NCBI GenBank assembly: GCA_964540825.1 | Contig: CAZINT010000002.1 | Location: forward strand, 477 to 64,476 | Length of the DNA stretch: 64,000 nt | Direction of reading: 5' to 3' | Origin: an uncultured Gammaproteobacteria bacterium | GTDB lineage: Bacteria; Patescibacteriota; Patescibacteriia; Magasanikbacterales; GWA2-37-8 | Shown: piece by piece, positions 47,236 through 57,693 of the stretch | Layout: every line of letters starts with the position of its first letter | Position numbering within the stretch: the stretch's first letter is position 1 | The notes under the pieces: model-generated | Database searches by the model: none | Seen by the model: only the letters and a program-made list of their open reading frames with translations | Told to the model about the DNA's origin: nothing | Position numbers and translations under genes: made by a program

Positions 47236-47865
47236 ATGCCCGCAGTTCAAAATCAATTCAAAAAGTCACTCCGTGCCTTGTGCCTCGTGGCAAGTGTCTT
47301 TACGCTCGTTTTTTTTGTACTTCAACAACCTTCGTTAGCAGCGGCCCAGGGAACAGACATTGTTCCACCAATTACCGAACAGCCTGATTTGCCGCCTCCG
47401 ACACCCCAGCCCGACGTACCGCCGCCAACAGCACAACCGGATGTAACTTTGCCTCAACCTGAGCCTCAACTTGTGCCGCCAATTACTCCGCAGCCTGATC
47501 TTCCGGTGCCAACCTACACCAATGCTCCCGTTGTCTCGGTTGCTTCCTGGGGTGATTTTATAGGGCTCGGCTCCACCGACCCGCGGCTTATCATTGCCCA
47601 ACTGATCCGTGTCGCTCTCAGTTTTTTAGGTATTGTGTTTTTAGTTATGATATTGCTTGCCGGTTTTACCTATTTAACTGCCGGTGGCAATGATGAGCGT
47701 GCTGCATCGGCCAAACACACCCTTTTCAATGCTATTATTGGTATCATCATTATCTTAAGCGCCAACAGTATCGTTATGTATGTAGTAAAAGCCTTCAATG
47801 GAACTACAGACGCGGCAGCCGTAACTTCGCCCGCCACGCCCACGGTAAATAATGTTGGGCTCTAA
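47236..47865 (+). CDS. CPR-type pilin (TrbC/VirB2-like) with Pro-rich repeat N-terminal region
   Basis: DPRLIIAQLIRVALSFLGIVFLVMILLAGFTYLTAGGNDE...AK..L.NAIIGIIII; QPD.PP.T repeats. Confidence 0.82.
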   Translation: MPAVQNQFKKSLRALCLVASVFTLVFFVLQQPSLAAAQGTDIVPPITEQPDLPPPTPQPDVPPPTAQPDVTLPQPEPQLVPPITPQPDLPVPTYTNAPVVSVASWGDFIGLGSTDPRLIIAQLIRVALSFLGIVFLVMILLAGFTYLTAGGNDERAASAKHTLFNAIIGIIIILSANSIVMYVVKAFNGTTDAAAVTSPATPTVNNVGL

Positions 47866-47871
47866 AGAAAA

Positions 47872-47908
47872 CTAAAAAACAAGCACTTTTTAAGTGCTTG
47901 TTTTTTAG
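47872..47908. terminator. Bidirectional intrinsic terminator
   Basis: 17-bp inverted repeat CTAAAAAACAAGCACTT/AAGTGCTTGTTTTTTAG. Confidence 0.85.
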
Positions 47909-47915
47909 ATGCTAA

Positions 47916-48275
47916 TTAATTTCCAAGCATTTTTGACGCTTCCTCCATTGCTTCCGCGTAAGCTTTTTCAGCGGCCGCAAGCGCAGTTTTTGAATGATTT
48001 GCCTTTGCTTGAGCGCTCGCTTTTACGTAAGCTGTGTGCGCCGTGCTAATAAGTTCGAGATAGCCGGGTGGGGGAGCTAACTGTCCTTTAGCTACAGCGA
48101 CATTCGTCACAACCGCGGCAGCTGTCGGTGTCGTTTTTTTAACTGCAGTCTTTTTAACCGTTTGCTTGGTGGCGGTAACTTTTTTAGCTGCAGGAACTGA
48201 TTTTTTCGTGGCGGCGAAAGCGGGAGTGCCAAACGTTACTCCGACGAGCAGCAGGACTAAAAGAATTTTTTTCAT
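47916..48275 (-). CDS. Small secreted Lys/Ala-rich protein
   Basis: Signal peptide MKKILLVLLLVGVTFGTPAFA. Confidence 0.7.
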   Translation of the reverse strand: MKKILLVLLLVGVTFGTPAFAATKKSVPAAKKVTATKQTVKKTAVKKTTPTAAAVVTNVAVAKGQLAPPPGYLELISTAHTAYVKASAQAKANHSKTALAAAEKAYAEAMEEASKMLGN

Positions 48276-48395
48276 AAACAGGCAGGTTAAAAGCTTAGAC
48301 ATCCTAACACGGCCTCATTAAAATGAGCAAGACGCCATATTGTGATTTTGTTTAAAAATAGCTATACTAAGAGTAATTTACGTTTATCATTCACT

Positions 48396-49670
48396 ATGAA
48401 GCTGCTCAAATCAATCAAACGTTTCCTCAAAGGATGTGGCCCGGGTTTTATTACCGGCGCGTCAGACGATGATCCGTCCGGGATAGCCACATACTCTCAG
48501 ACCGGCGCACAATTTGGTTTTAGCCAGCTCTGGTTAACGATTTTAACTTTGCCGTTCATGATTGCGATTCAAGAAATGTGCGGGCGTATCGGACTTGTGA
48601 CCGGGCAAGGCCTCTCAGGAGTTATTAAAAAAAATTATGGCCGACCGCTTCTGTATGGCGCGGTAGCGATTCTTCTTGTTGCTAACACGATCAATATTGG
48701 CGCCGACCTTGGAGCCATGGCTTCCGCGCTCGGACTCGTTATCCCGCTTCCTTTTATTGTTTTACTTATTTTGATTACAGTCCTCACGCTTGTCCTCGAA
48801 ATTTTTGTTTCTTACCACGTGTATGTTAAGTATTTAAAGTACTTAGCATTATCGCTGTGTGCTTATATTGTAACCGTGTTTGTTATCAAACTTGATTGGC
48901 GTGTAGTGGCTGTTTCAACATTAGTGCCCCATGTTACGTGGAGTAAAGAATATTTATTTAATATCGTTGCGCTGCTTGGTACAACGATTTCCCCATATTT
49001 ATTTTTTTGGCAAGCAGATGAAGAGGTGGAAGAAGAAATTGATCATAAAAAAATTCAAGCATTTGGCGAGGGAAAGCCTCGCGTTACTAAGCGTGACATT
49101 GCCAGCATGAAAAGTGATACCGTTATTGGTATGTTATTTTCCAATATCATCACTTTTTTTATTATTGTAACAGCTGCCGGAACACTCGGCGCCAACGGCG
49201 TCACGTCTATCACTACCGCCACTGAAGCTGCCGAAGCCCTGCGTCCGCTTGCCGGAAATTTTGCCTTTATTCTGTTTACTATTGGGATTATCGGAACCGG
49301 TCTCCTGACGGTGCCGGTACTTTCCGGTTCTGCTTCGTATGCTATAGCAGAGGCAGTCGGTTGGAAATCAGGTTTATACCGAAAATTATCCGAGGCTCAT
49401 GGTTTTTATGGAGTTATCACACTCGCCACGCTGGTTGGCTTGCTCGTCAATTTTGTCGGTATCCCGCCGTTTAAAATGCTCTATTACACCGCCGTGCTTA
49501 ATGGTGTTGTGGCGCCACCCCTCATGATTTTAATTTTATGTCTGGCCAATAATAAAAAGGTGATGGGGCATCGTACTAACTCCACGCTTTCCAATATTTT
49601 CGGAATCATCATTACACTTATTATGTCATTGGCTGGTCTTACACTTATTGGTTCATATTTTATACACTAG
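48396..49670 (+). CDS. NRAMP family divalent metal transporter
   Basis: GPGFITGASDDDPSGIATYSQ.GA and LGTTISPYLFFWQ motifs. Confidence 0.92.
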   Translation: MKLLKSIKRFLKGCGPGFITGASDDDPSGIATYSQTGAQFGFSQLWLTILTLPFMIAIQEMCGRIGLVTGQGLSGVIKKNYGRPLLYGAVAILLVANTINIGADLGAMASALGLVIPLPFIVLLILITVLTLVLEIFVSYHVYVKYLKYLALSLCAYIVTVFVIKLDWRVVAVSTLVPHVTWSKEYLFNIVALLGTTISPYLFFWQADEEVEEEIDHKKIQAFGEGKPRVTKRDIASMKSDTVIGMLFSNIITFFIIVTAAGTLGANGVTSITTATEAAEALRPLAGNFAFILFTIGIIGTGLLTVPVLSGSASYAIAEAVGWKSGLYRKLSEAHGFYGVITLATLVGLLVNFVGIPPFKMLYYTAVLNGVVAPPLMILILCLANNKKVMGHRTNSTLSNIFGIIITLIMSLAGLTLIGSYFIH

Positions 49671-49680
49671 GACTCGGGTT

Positions 49681-50565
49681 GTGCGCTTCGCAAAGTATCT
49701 TCAAAAACTCATTACGCTTTTATTGTTTATTGTCCTCGCGGTGCTGCTGGGGACAATTGGGTATAAAGTATCAGCGCTTCGTGCGAAAAAAACACCTGTC
49801 ACAGAGCATGGACCCCGAACGCTCCCGATAGTTTTTTTGCTGCCCCACCAAGATGATGAAATGTTTATGGCTGGTGCTATGCAGCAGGCGCTGGCGAGCG
49901 GCAGGGAAGTGTACGTGGTTATGGTAACTGACGGATCGAATTCACGGGCGCGCCACATTATTAATGGGCAGGATGCCGGCGAGCATCCCGTTATGGATAC
50001 CGTCTATCATTATATCCACCGGCCGCTGCGTGAAGGGTATGCGCCGCTCGATAGACGCATGTTTGCCGAAGCGCGTAACAAAGAATACGCGGCTTCCGTT
50101 GCGGCGCTGGGTGTTTCGCCGGGGCATATTTGGTTTGCTAACCCTGGAAAAATTGCCGGATCTGATTCACCGCGTTTTGTTAATGATCAGCTAACAACTG
50201 CAAGCGCAACCGATGCCATCAATCAAGTATTCAAAATCGTGGGGGACGGCACCTACGCTACAGTCGCCGCCAATTTGGGTATGATTAACGCTCAACACGG
50301 CGATCATTATGCGCTTCGTGAAGCGCTTCGTACTTATACGGGTATTCGTGAAAAGCAATTCTTTTCCGAAAAGACAAATACCGGAAATGCGGTGCCATTG
50401 ACCCCTGCCGAGATAGCTCGTAAGCGTAAGGCCTTGGCTAACTATTTTGTATGGAATCCAAAAAAAGGACGTTTTGCCGTTGGAGAGCATTCGGTGCTCA
50501 TGCTTTTGGAGCGCTGGTCCAAAAATCCTTTTGAGTATGTTATTGATAGCACTGATCTTAAGTAA
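49681..50565 (+). CDS. Membrane-anchored PIG-L family deacetylase
   Basis: PHQDDE, VTDG, AR.KE and HGDH motifs; start uncertain (49648 or 49681). Confidence 0.8.
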   Translation: MRFAKYLQKLITLLLFIVLAVLLGTIGYKVSALRAKKTPVTEHGPRTLPIVFLLPHQDDEMFMAGAMQQALASGREVYVVMVTDGSNSRARHIINGQDAGEHPVMDTVYHYIHRPLREGYAPLDRRMFAEARNKEYAASVAALGVSPGHIWFANPGKIAGSDSPRFVNDQLTTASATDAINQVFKIVGDGTYATVAANLGMINAQHGDHYALREALRTYTGIREKQFFSEKTNTGNAVPLTPAEIARKRKALANYFVWNPKKGRFAVGEHSVLMLLERWSKNPFEYVIDSTDLK

Positions 50566-50631
50566 TCAGTAAAAAGCACATTTTAGTTACGGCTTTACGT
50601 TTTGAGCTTGTTTTGCTAGAATAAGCCCATT

Positions 50632-51306
50632 ATGGACTCTGGAATTCTCTATATTGTAGCTACACCAATCGGTAACCTCAGCGATTTTACCGAACGCGGG
50701 ATATCGACGCTGCGCGATGTCGATCTTATTTTATGCGAAGATACGCGCGTTACTAAAAATTTGCTAACTCATTTTGGCATTACTGCTCAGACAATGAGTT
50801 ATCATCAGCACAGTGATGTTAAAAAAATAAAAGAAATTGTTGCATTGCTTGAGGAGGGTAAAGATATTGCTCTGGTCACCGATGCCGGTACCCCGGGAAT
50901 CAGTGATCCGGGAAATGTCTTGGTAGAGGCAGTGCTCAAATTTAATCCCTCTACCCAAGTTATTCCTATTCCCGGCGTTGCGGCGGTGACTGCCGCCCTA
51001 TCTATTTCCGGCTTTCAAACTGACAAATTTTTATTCTTGGGTTTTCCGCCGCACAAAACAAAACGCCAGAAATTTTTTAAAGAGGCTGCCGAAAGTCCGT
51101 ATACAATAGCGTTTTACGAATCGGGGCATCGCATTAAAAAATGTCTTGATGAACTGCCTCATTTTTTTGAGCCAAGTCAAAGAATTATGGTTTGCCGTGA
51201 ACTTACTAAAAAATTTGAAACCACCTACCGCGCAACCATTGCTACTATTGGGGAACAGATGAAAGATGATAGAGGGGAATTTGTGATCGTAATTTCTAAA
51301 ATATGA
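50632..51306 (+). CDS. rsmI: 16S rRNA (cytidine1402-2'-O)-methyltransferase
   Basis: LYIVATPIGNL, CEDTR, DAGTPGISDPG and RELTKKFE motifs. Confidence 0.95.
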   Translation: MDSGILYIVATPIGNLSDFTERGISTLRDVDLILCEDTRVTKNLLTHFGITAQTMSYHQHSDVKKIKEIVALLEEGKDIALVTDAGTPGISDPGNVLVEAVLKFNPSTQVIPIPGVAAVTAALSISGFQTDKFLFLGFPPHKTKRQKFFKEAAESPYTIAFYESGHRIKKCLDELPHFFEPSQRIMVCRELTKKFETTYRATIATIGEQMKDDRGEFVIVISKI

Positions 51307-51650
51307 AACCTCGTTCACTCGAAGAGCTCGATGCGCTTCGCGCTGATATAAAAATGGCTGCTCGCCAAGAAGCACTTAAACGACCGCTGCCCGATAAATT
51401 CTTCAATGGACTTTTTAGAGAATTCTTCAGTAAGAATAATCTGCATGTTCGATGGATCTGTAAAGATACCGATGACACCGATAATCCGGGGTATACTATT
51501 GATTTTTGCAGCGCAAGCGGAAACGTACTTAAAAAAGTGGAATTTAAACACGGAGAAGAAAGCAAGGCGGCAGAAGCGTATGAACATATGATTAAAGAAG
51601 CGGAAAAGTATGATACGCTGACACCGCCATCTAGAAAGCCTAAAAAATAA
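51303..51650 (+). CDS. Hypothetical protein between rsmI and metG
   Basis: ATGA overlap with rsmI; ends 2 nt before metG. Confidence 0.65.
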   Translation: MKPRSLEELDALRADIKMAARQEALKRPLPDKFFNGLFREFFSKNNLHVRWICKDTDDTDNPGYTIDFCSASGNVLKKVEFKHGEESKAAEAYEHMIKEAEKYDTLTPPSRKPKK

Positions 51651-51652
51651 TT

Positions 51653-53200
51653 ATGAAAAAACCTTATTTTCTTTCAACTGCTATTCCGTACGCGAGCGCC
51701 GCGCCGCATATCGGCCATGCGATTGAATTTTTATACGCAGATGTCATGGCTCGGTATCAGCGCCTCCTTGGTAACGAAGTCTTTTTTTTAACTGGTACCG
51801 ATGAACATGGGCTTAAAGTCGTGAAAACTGCGGCTGATTTTGGCTTGTCTCCTGACAATTATGCGGCCAAGATGTCAGCTCTCTATCAAAACCTCGCGGA
51901 TACGTGGAATATTTCGAACTCGGATTTTATTCGCACAACCGAAGAGCGCCATAAATTAGGAGCCCAGAAATTTTGGAGTGCGGTGGCATCAAACGGGGAT
52001 ATTTATAAAAAAGCATACACAGGACTCTATTGCATTGGTTGTGAAAGTTTCAAAACGGAAAAAGATTTAGTTGACGGCAAATGCCCGGATCACCACACAG
52101 TTCCCGAATTGCTGACAGAAGAAAATTATTTTTTCCGTTTATCGCGCTACCAAGAACCGCTCGAATTTTTGTTCAAAAATAATCCCGCCTTTGTTACCCC
52201 GGAAAGTAAATACAAAGAAGTCTACAACATGCTTAAAAGTGGTCTTGAGGACGTGAGTATTTCACGTGTTAAAGAAAAGCTCGCCTGGGGTGTACCGGTT
52301 CCAGGCGATGATACTCAGGTGATGTATGTTTGGTTTGATGCGCTCACTAATTATATTACTGCGCTTGGGTATGGGAGTGCTGACGAAAGTTTGTTCAAAC
52401 ACTATTGGCCCGGGACGCATTTGGTAGGTAAAGAAATCAATCGTTTTCATTCACTTCTGTGGCCGGCCATGCTGATGGCTGCCGGGCTTGAGCCGCCGAA
52501 GCAAATTGCCGTACACGGCTGGATTACGGTCGAAGGTCAAAAGATGAGCAAGACTATTGGTAATGTTATTAATCCCCTTGAATTAACCGAACAGCTTCCG
52601 CTTGAAGCGGTCCGTTATTTCCTTATGCGCGAAATTCCGTTTGATAATGATGGTGATTTTTCGCGTGCTAAATTTTTGGAACGCTACCAGGGAGACCTGG
52701 CTAATGGCGTCGGAAATTTAACTAACCGTATTTTAACGATGGTTGAAAAATATTGCGAAAGCGTCGTTCCGCAAGTTTCCACGGTAAATACCGAGTTGAT
52801 CAATTTTTTAAGTGCCAAAATTTGGCCAGCCTACACCGAAGCTATGAACCGCTGGCGCTTTGATCATGCGCTTGAAGAAGTGATGCGTTTTGTGACGCAT
52901 TGTGATCAGCTTATTTCCGACAAACAACCGTGGGCACTGGCAAAGCAAGGCGAAACTATTTTGGTGAATGACCTCCTTCATCATTTGGTGGAAAGCTTGC
53001 GTCATATTGCGCTTATGCTATGGCCGATAATTCCTGAGACTGCGGAAAGCATTTTGCGCCAACTTGGCCTCGAAGTCGAAAAAGAATTTGCGAAACCGCT
53101 TAGCGAATTACATCAGTGGGTGGAACTCGTAGTCGGTAATAAAATTACTAAGACTGCAATGCTCTTCCCGCGTCTTGAAGAAGCTGCTCCAAAAAAATAA
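51653..53200 (+). CDS. metG: Methionine--tRNA ligase
   Basis: HIGH, TGTDEHG, YVWFDAL and KMSKT motifs. Confidence 0.96.
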   Translation: MKKPYFLSTAIPYASAAPHIGHAIEFLYADVMARYQRLLGNEVFFLTGTDEHGLKVVKTAADFGLSPDNYAAKMSALYQNLADTWNISNSDFIRTTEERHKLGAQKFWSAVASNGDIYKKAYTGLYCIGCESFKTEKDLVDGKCPDHHTVPELLTEENYFFRLSRYQEPLEFLFKNNPAFVTPESKYKEVYNMLKSGLEDVSISRVKEKLAWGVPVPGDDTQVMYVWFDALTNYITALGYGSADESLFKHYWPGTHLVGKEINRFHSLLWPAMLMAAGLEPPKQIAVHGWITVEGQKMSKTIGNVINPLELTEQLPLEAVRYFLMREIPFDNDGDFSRAKFLERYQGDLANGVGNLTNRILTMVEKYCESVVPQVSTVNTELINFLSAKIWPAYTEAMNRWRFDHALEEVMRFVTHCDQLISDKQPWALAKQGETILVNDLLHHLVESLRHIALMLWPIIPETAESILRQLGLEVEKEFAKPLSELHQWVELVVGNKITKTAMLFPRLEEAAPKK

Positions 53201-53221
53201 TTTTAATTTTAATATAACAAT

Positions 53222-53812
53222 ATGCCAGTGGGGGACATAGTGATTATCGTGGTAGTCGCACTTTTTGCGCTATCAGGGCTTCGTTCGGGATTTATCAAAA
53301 CCTTGGGGTCGCTCCTTGGTACAATTCTCGGGGTGTATATTGCCGGTCATTACTATGCGCCGCTGACTGACCTGCTTGTCAAATTCACCGGTTGGGCACC
53401 GAATTTTATTCGCATTGTTGTCTTCTTGCTCTTGTTCATTATCAGCAATCGTCTTATAGGGCTCTTGTTCTGGTTTATCAATAAAGCAATAGGCATAATT
53501 ACTCGGCTCCCATTTCTGAGTACTATTGATCATGTTCTCGGAGCGGTTGTCGGTTTTGTGGAGGGTGTCTTAGTAGTTGGAATTGCTATTTTCTTTATTA
53601 CGCGGTATCCTCCGAGCCAAGGCTTTATGACTAAGCTTGGCGAGTCAAAAATGGCGCCGAAGGCTGTGCAGGCAGCGTCGTTTCTGTGGCCGCTCTTGCC
53701 GAAAGAATTGGTCGATCTCGTCGGAGATGTGGCAGGAATAAAACTGCCGAACGGTTTATCGCTGCCCAAGGATTTTGACTGGAAAAACATGGTCAGTACT
53801 ACCAAAAAATAA
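53222..53812 (+). CDS. CvpA family membrane protein
   Basis: DIVII...GLRSGFIK...IDHVLGAVVGFVEG pattern. Confidence 0.85.
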   Translation: MPVGDIVIIVVVALFALSGLRSGFIKTLGSLLGTILGVYIAGHYYAPLTDLLVKFTGWAPNFIRIVVFLLLFIISNRLIGLLFWFINKAIGIITRLPFLSTIDHVLGAVVGFVEGVLVVGIAIFFITRYPPSQGFMTKLGESKMAPKAVQAASFLWPLLPKELVDLVGDVAGIKLPNGLSLPKDFDWKNMVSTTKK

Positions 53813-53837
53813 TCTATTATTTATCTGATGTAATTTT

Positions 53838-54578
53838 ATGGAAACGATTACGAACAAAGGTTTATCACGTTTTGGCATGATTTTAGCGCTTGGCCTTATC
53901 ATCGTTGCAATCATTGCCGCAGCCACGTTTTATCGCTCTAAAAGTCTTGGTGATACGGTAAGTGTTACCGGATCATCGCAAACTAAAATTCACTCTGACA
54001 TGGTAAAATGGCGCAGTACGTTCTCACACAATGTTGATGTTAAAGATTTGCAAGACGGATATGCACGCATGAAATGGGAGGCGGGCACAATTACAACATA
54101 CCTCAAACAAAACAAAATTACCGACGATCAGATTACGATTAACCCGGTCAGTATTTATCCGCAATACGAACAAACCAACTTTGGCAGTACCGGAAAAATT
54201 ATCGGCTATACATTATCCCAGCAAGTAATTGTTGACTCAAGTGATGTTGACGGTATTACCAAACTTGCCAAAGACTCCGGAACGCTTATTAATCAGGGAA
54301 TTTTCTTTACCAGCGACCCGTTAGAATACTATTTCTCGAAACTTAATGATCTAAAACTCGACATGCTTGCCGAAGCAACCAAAAACGCCAAAGATCGTGC
54401 TCAAAAAATTGCGGAAAGTAGCGGCGCTAAGGTAGGGAGCATGCGTTCAGCTGACATGGGTGTCTTTCAGGTGATGGCGCTCAACTCGGCTGATGTTTCT
54501 GATTATGGCACCTTTGATACATCCTCAATTGATAAAAATGTGATGGCCGTTGTTCGCGCCTCATTCTCTTTGCGCTAG
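53838..54578 (+). CDS. SIMPL (DUF541) domain protein
   Basis: VSVTGS, EATKNAKDRAQKIA and SADMGVFQV motifs. Confidence 0.88.
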   Translation: METITNKGLSRFGMILALGLIIVAIIAAATFYRSKSLGDTVSVTGSSQTKIHSDMVKWRSTFSHNVDVKDLQDGYARMKWEAGTITTYLKQNKITDDQITINPVSIYPQYEQTNFGSTGKIIGYTLSQQVIVDSSDVDGITKLAKDSGTLINQGIFFTSDPLEYYFSKLNDLKLDMLAEATKNAKDRAQKIAESSGAKVGSMRSADMGVFQVMALNSADVSDYGTFDTSSIDKNVMAVVRASFSLR

Positions 54579-54581
54579 GCT

Positions 54582-55232
54582 ATGACTCTCGCCAAAAAGA
54601 AAGGGGTCATTCTTCTTATCGCCCCAATTACAGTGCTAATTGTAGTCTTAGTCTCCTATGGGGTGGCAAATTATTTTTTGTCTCGAAGTATTGCGCTTCC
54701 GCCTGAAGGAACAATTGGATTAGCGCAGGCTTCACTGAACACAGCTGTTTTTCAGATGACAAAAGTTACTCTTGGTCTTTTAGGGACCGCGGCAGTTGCA
54801 AGTATGTTTATCTGCTGGCCGCTTGGAATTTATTTTTTGGCTAAAAAAGAACATGGTGATCAAGAAGTTATTAAGCTTCAAACACAAGACCAGTATCAAA
54901 ACTTAACCACTGAACAAATAGCTTTTATCCAAAAGTGGTCCTGGGGCGCTTTCTTCTCACCGTTTGTGTGGACACTGGGTAACAAGCTGTATCTGTGGGC
55001 TGTCGGAACACTCGTGCCGCTTTTTGGAATATATGCTTGGATAAAACTTGCAAGCAGCGGCCGGGAAATGGCGTGGGTACAAAAAGGATGGACCGGTTTT
55101 GAGCAGTTTAAAAAACGTCAAAAGATAATGATGCTTATTATTATAGTAGTAACCATCTTAGCCATAGGTGGAAAAATAATCGGTTTTTCTTTTTCTACAA
55201 AAAATCAACCGGGACTGACAATTTCCAATTAA
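54582..55232 (+). CDS. Hypothetical membrane protein
   Basis: TM helices; KWSWGAFF...W..GN...G.EMAW...F...QK motif. Confidence 0.7.
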   Translation: MTLAKKKGVILLIAPITVLIVVLVSYGVANYFLSRSIALPPEGTIGLAQASLNTAVFQMTKVTLGLLGTAAVASMFICWPLGIYFLAKKEHGDQEVIKLQTQDQYQNLTTEQIAFIQKWSWGAFFSPFVWTLGNKLYLWAVGTLVPLFGIYAWIKLASSGREMAWVQKGWTGFEQFKKRQKIMMLIIIVVTILAIGGKIIGFSFSTKNQPGLTISN

Positions 55233-55242
55233 TATCAAGGTT

Positions 55243-56121
55243 ATGTCTCACCCTGCCAAGCTTATTGATACGCACTGTCATGTTCACTTTAATGCCTTTA
55301 AGCTTGATAGCGATGAGGTTGTCAGACGTGCTCTGGAAAAAGGAGTGATCATGAATTTAGTTGGTACTCAGCGAGATACCAGTAAAAACGGTGTGGTGAT
55401 GGCAGAAAAATATGATGGAGTATATGCGAGTGTAGGATTGCACCCGGTCCATTTGCATTCGCAGCACTTAGATGAAGAAGAATCTTCTTTTAATACTCGT
55501 GAAGAAGATTTTGATTATGAGTATTATAAAGAATTAACCAAGAGTCCCAAAACAATCGCGATCGGGGAGTGTGGGCTTGACCTGTATCGTATCCCTGAAG
55601 GAATTTCTAAGGAAGCAGTACTTGTCAAGCAGCAAGCCGTTTTTCGCGAACATGTTCGCCTGGCGTTTGAAACCGGACTACCGCTCGCCATTCACGTGCG
55701 TGACGCTTATCAGGAAATGATCGATCTTTTAAAAGAAGAGCTGGCTCAGCGCGGACAAACGCAAGTACGGGGAGTGATTCATTGCTATATCGGTAATTGG
55801 CATTTTGCCGAGCAACTTTTGGCGCTCGGACTGTATCTTGGTTTTACTGGCATTATTACCTTTCCGCCCAAAAAGAGCGACCCGACTGCCCAAGTAGCAC
55901 TTCTCGAGGTTGTTAAAAATTGCCCGCTTGACCGGATGGTGCTTGAAACGGATTCGCCGTACTTGGCTCCGATTCCATATCGTGGTAAGCGGGCGGAACC
56001 TTGGATGGTAGAAGAGGTCGCAAAAAAAATTGCTGCTGTAAAAATGTGCGATGCAGAACTGGTGCGCAAAACGACCACGCGAAACGCTAGCGCACTCTTT
56101 AATCTTTCAGTATCAAGCTGA
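55243..56121 (+). CDS. tatD: TatD family hydrolase/DNase
   Basis: IDTHCH, VGLHP, AIGECGLD, IHVRDA and ETDSPYLAP motifs. Confidence 0.93.
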   Translation: MSHPAKLIDTHCHVHFNAFKLDSDEVVRRALEKGVIMNLVGTQRDTSKNGVVMAEKYDGVYASVGLHPVHLHSQHLDEEESSFNTREEDFDYEYYKELTKSPKTIAIGECGLDLYRIPEGISKEAVLVKQQAVFREHVRLAFETGLPLAIHVRDAYQEMIDLLKEELAQRGQTQVRGVIHCYIGNWHFAEQLLALGLYLGFTGIITFPPKKSDPTAQVALLEVVKNCPLDRMVLETDSPYLAPIPYRGKRAEPWMVEEVAKKIAAVKMCDAELVRKTTTRNASALFNLSVSS

Positions 56122-56179
56122 TTTATTCACAGTAAAAAGTACTTGACTTTATCGTTAAAAACCACTAATATAGTGGCCT

Positions 56180-56449
56180 ATGGACCAGAAACCTACACCA
56201 GTCTTTGACCCATCTGACCGTAAATACTATCTTTTTGCACTTAAGGTTGTAGGTGATTTTGGTGCAAATATTGCTGTTCCCGTAGTTATTTTCGTTCTTC
56301 TTGGTCAATTCTTAGAAAAAAGATACGGTTTTGCCCCGTATGGAACAGTTGCCGGTTTTGTTATAGCGGCTATTATTTCCGGGGTAATCATCTTCCGTAA
56401 GGCCAAAGAGTACGGTACTCAGTATCAAGAGCTGATTAAGAAAAAGTAA
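56180..56449 (+). CDS. AtpZ/AtpI family protein
   Basis: Two-TM protein at the head of the atp operon. Confidence 0.75.
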   Translation: MDQKPTPVFDPSDRKYYLFALKVVGDFGANIAVPVVIFVLLGQFLEKRYGFAPYGTVAGFVIAAIISGVIIFRKAKEYGTQYQELIKKK

Positions 56450-56459
56450 TACTGCACGT

Positions 56460-57245
56460 ATGAGTCAAGTACATATTCCCACCTTAGCGCCTGAAACCCT
56501 TTTTCACATTGGGCCCCTTCCGGTTACCAATACCATTATAAACGCGTGGATCGCGCTTTTTATTTTTTTAATCGTTGGTTTGGTTTTGCGTAAACGCCTG
56601 GCGCTGCGCCCGGGCAAAATGCAGAACTCGATGGAATACTTTTTGGAAATTTTGCTCGGCTATTTTGATCAGGTAACGGGGTCGCGCGCCAAGACGATGC
56701 GTTTTTTGCCGATTGCGGGTTCAGTTTTCTTTTTTATTCTCCTTTCAAATTGGTTAGGTTTATTACCGGGCACTGGCAGTATTACGCTGGGTCATGACTT
56801 TTTGCTTCGTCCGGCTAACACGGATTTAAACCTTACCCTCGCCATGGCACTGGTCACCGTTGTGTCGTCACATATTTACGGTTTGTTTGCGGTCGGGTTC
56901 TTTACCCATATCAATAAATTCATTCAGATCGGTTCTATTTTCAAAAGTTTGCGTAAAGGTCCGATCGCTATTTTTACCGCGCTCGTCGAATTTGCTGTCG
57001 GTCTTATTGAAATTGTGAGTGAAATGTCCAAAGTATTGTCGCTCTCGCTTCGTCTGTTCGGTAATATTTTTGCCGGGGAAGTACTCATTACGGTTATTAC
57101 CAGTATTGTCGCCGTAGTTGTTCCAACACCGTTCATGCTGTTGGAATTGCTCGTAGGCATTATCCAAGCATCTGTTTTTGCTATTCTGACCATTGTGTAC
57201 ATGACCGTAGCGTCGAGCGAACCGCACGGAGCAGAAGAACATTAA
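56460..57245 (+). CDS. atpB: F0F1 ATP synthase subunit a
   Basis: NWLGLLPG, DLNLTLA, SLSLRLFGNIFAGE and IQASVF motifs. Confidence 0.96.
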   Translation: MSQVHIPTLAPETLFHIGPLPVTNTIINAWIALFIFLIVGLVLRKRLALRPGKMQNSMEYFLEILLGYFDQVTGSRAKTMRFLPIAGSVFFFILLSNWLGLLPGTGSITLGHDFLLRPANTDLNLTLAMALVTVVSSHIYGLFAVGFFTHINKFIQIGSIFKSLRKGPIAIFTALVEFAVGLIEIVSEMSKVLSLSLRLFGNIFAGEVLITVITSIVAVVVPTPFMLLELLVGIIQASVFAILTIVYMTVASSEPHGAEEH

Positions 57246-57376
57246 TTAGTATCAGCAGCGCAGTACCTGTGGAAGTACCGCTCTGCTCTATTAATTAATT
57301 GGTAAGAGGTGAATCGGGAGTGCACGTAACGCCGTGCTACGCTGTACCTTCACTTCAAACGCGTTATTACCAGTAA

Positions 57377-57619
<243 letters not shown>

Positions 57620-57693
57620 AAGTATTTCGATCGATCGGGTTTATGCCTCAGGGTATAAGCCCGATCAAATTGGATTATTTAGAACTAAACATT

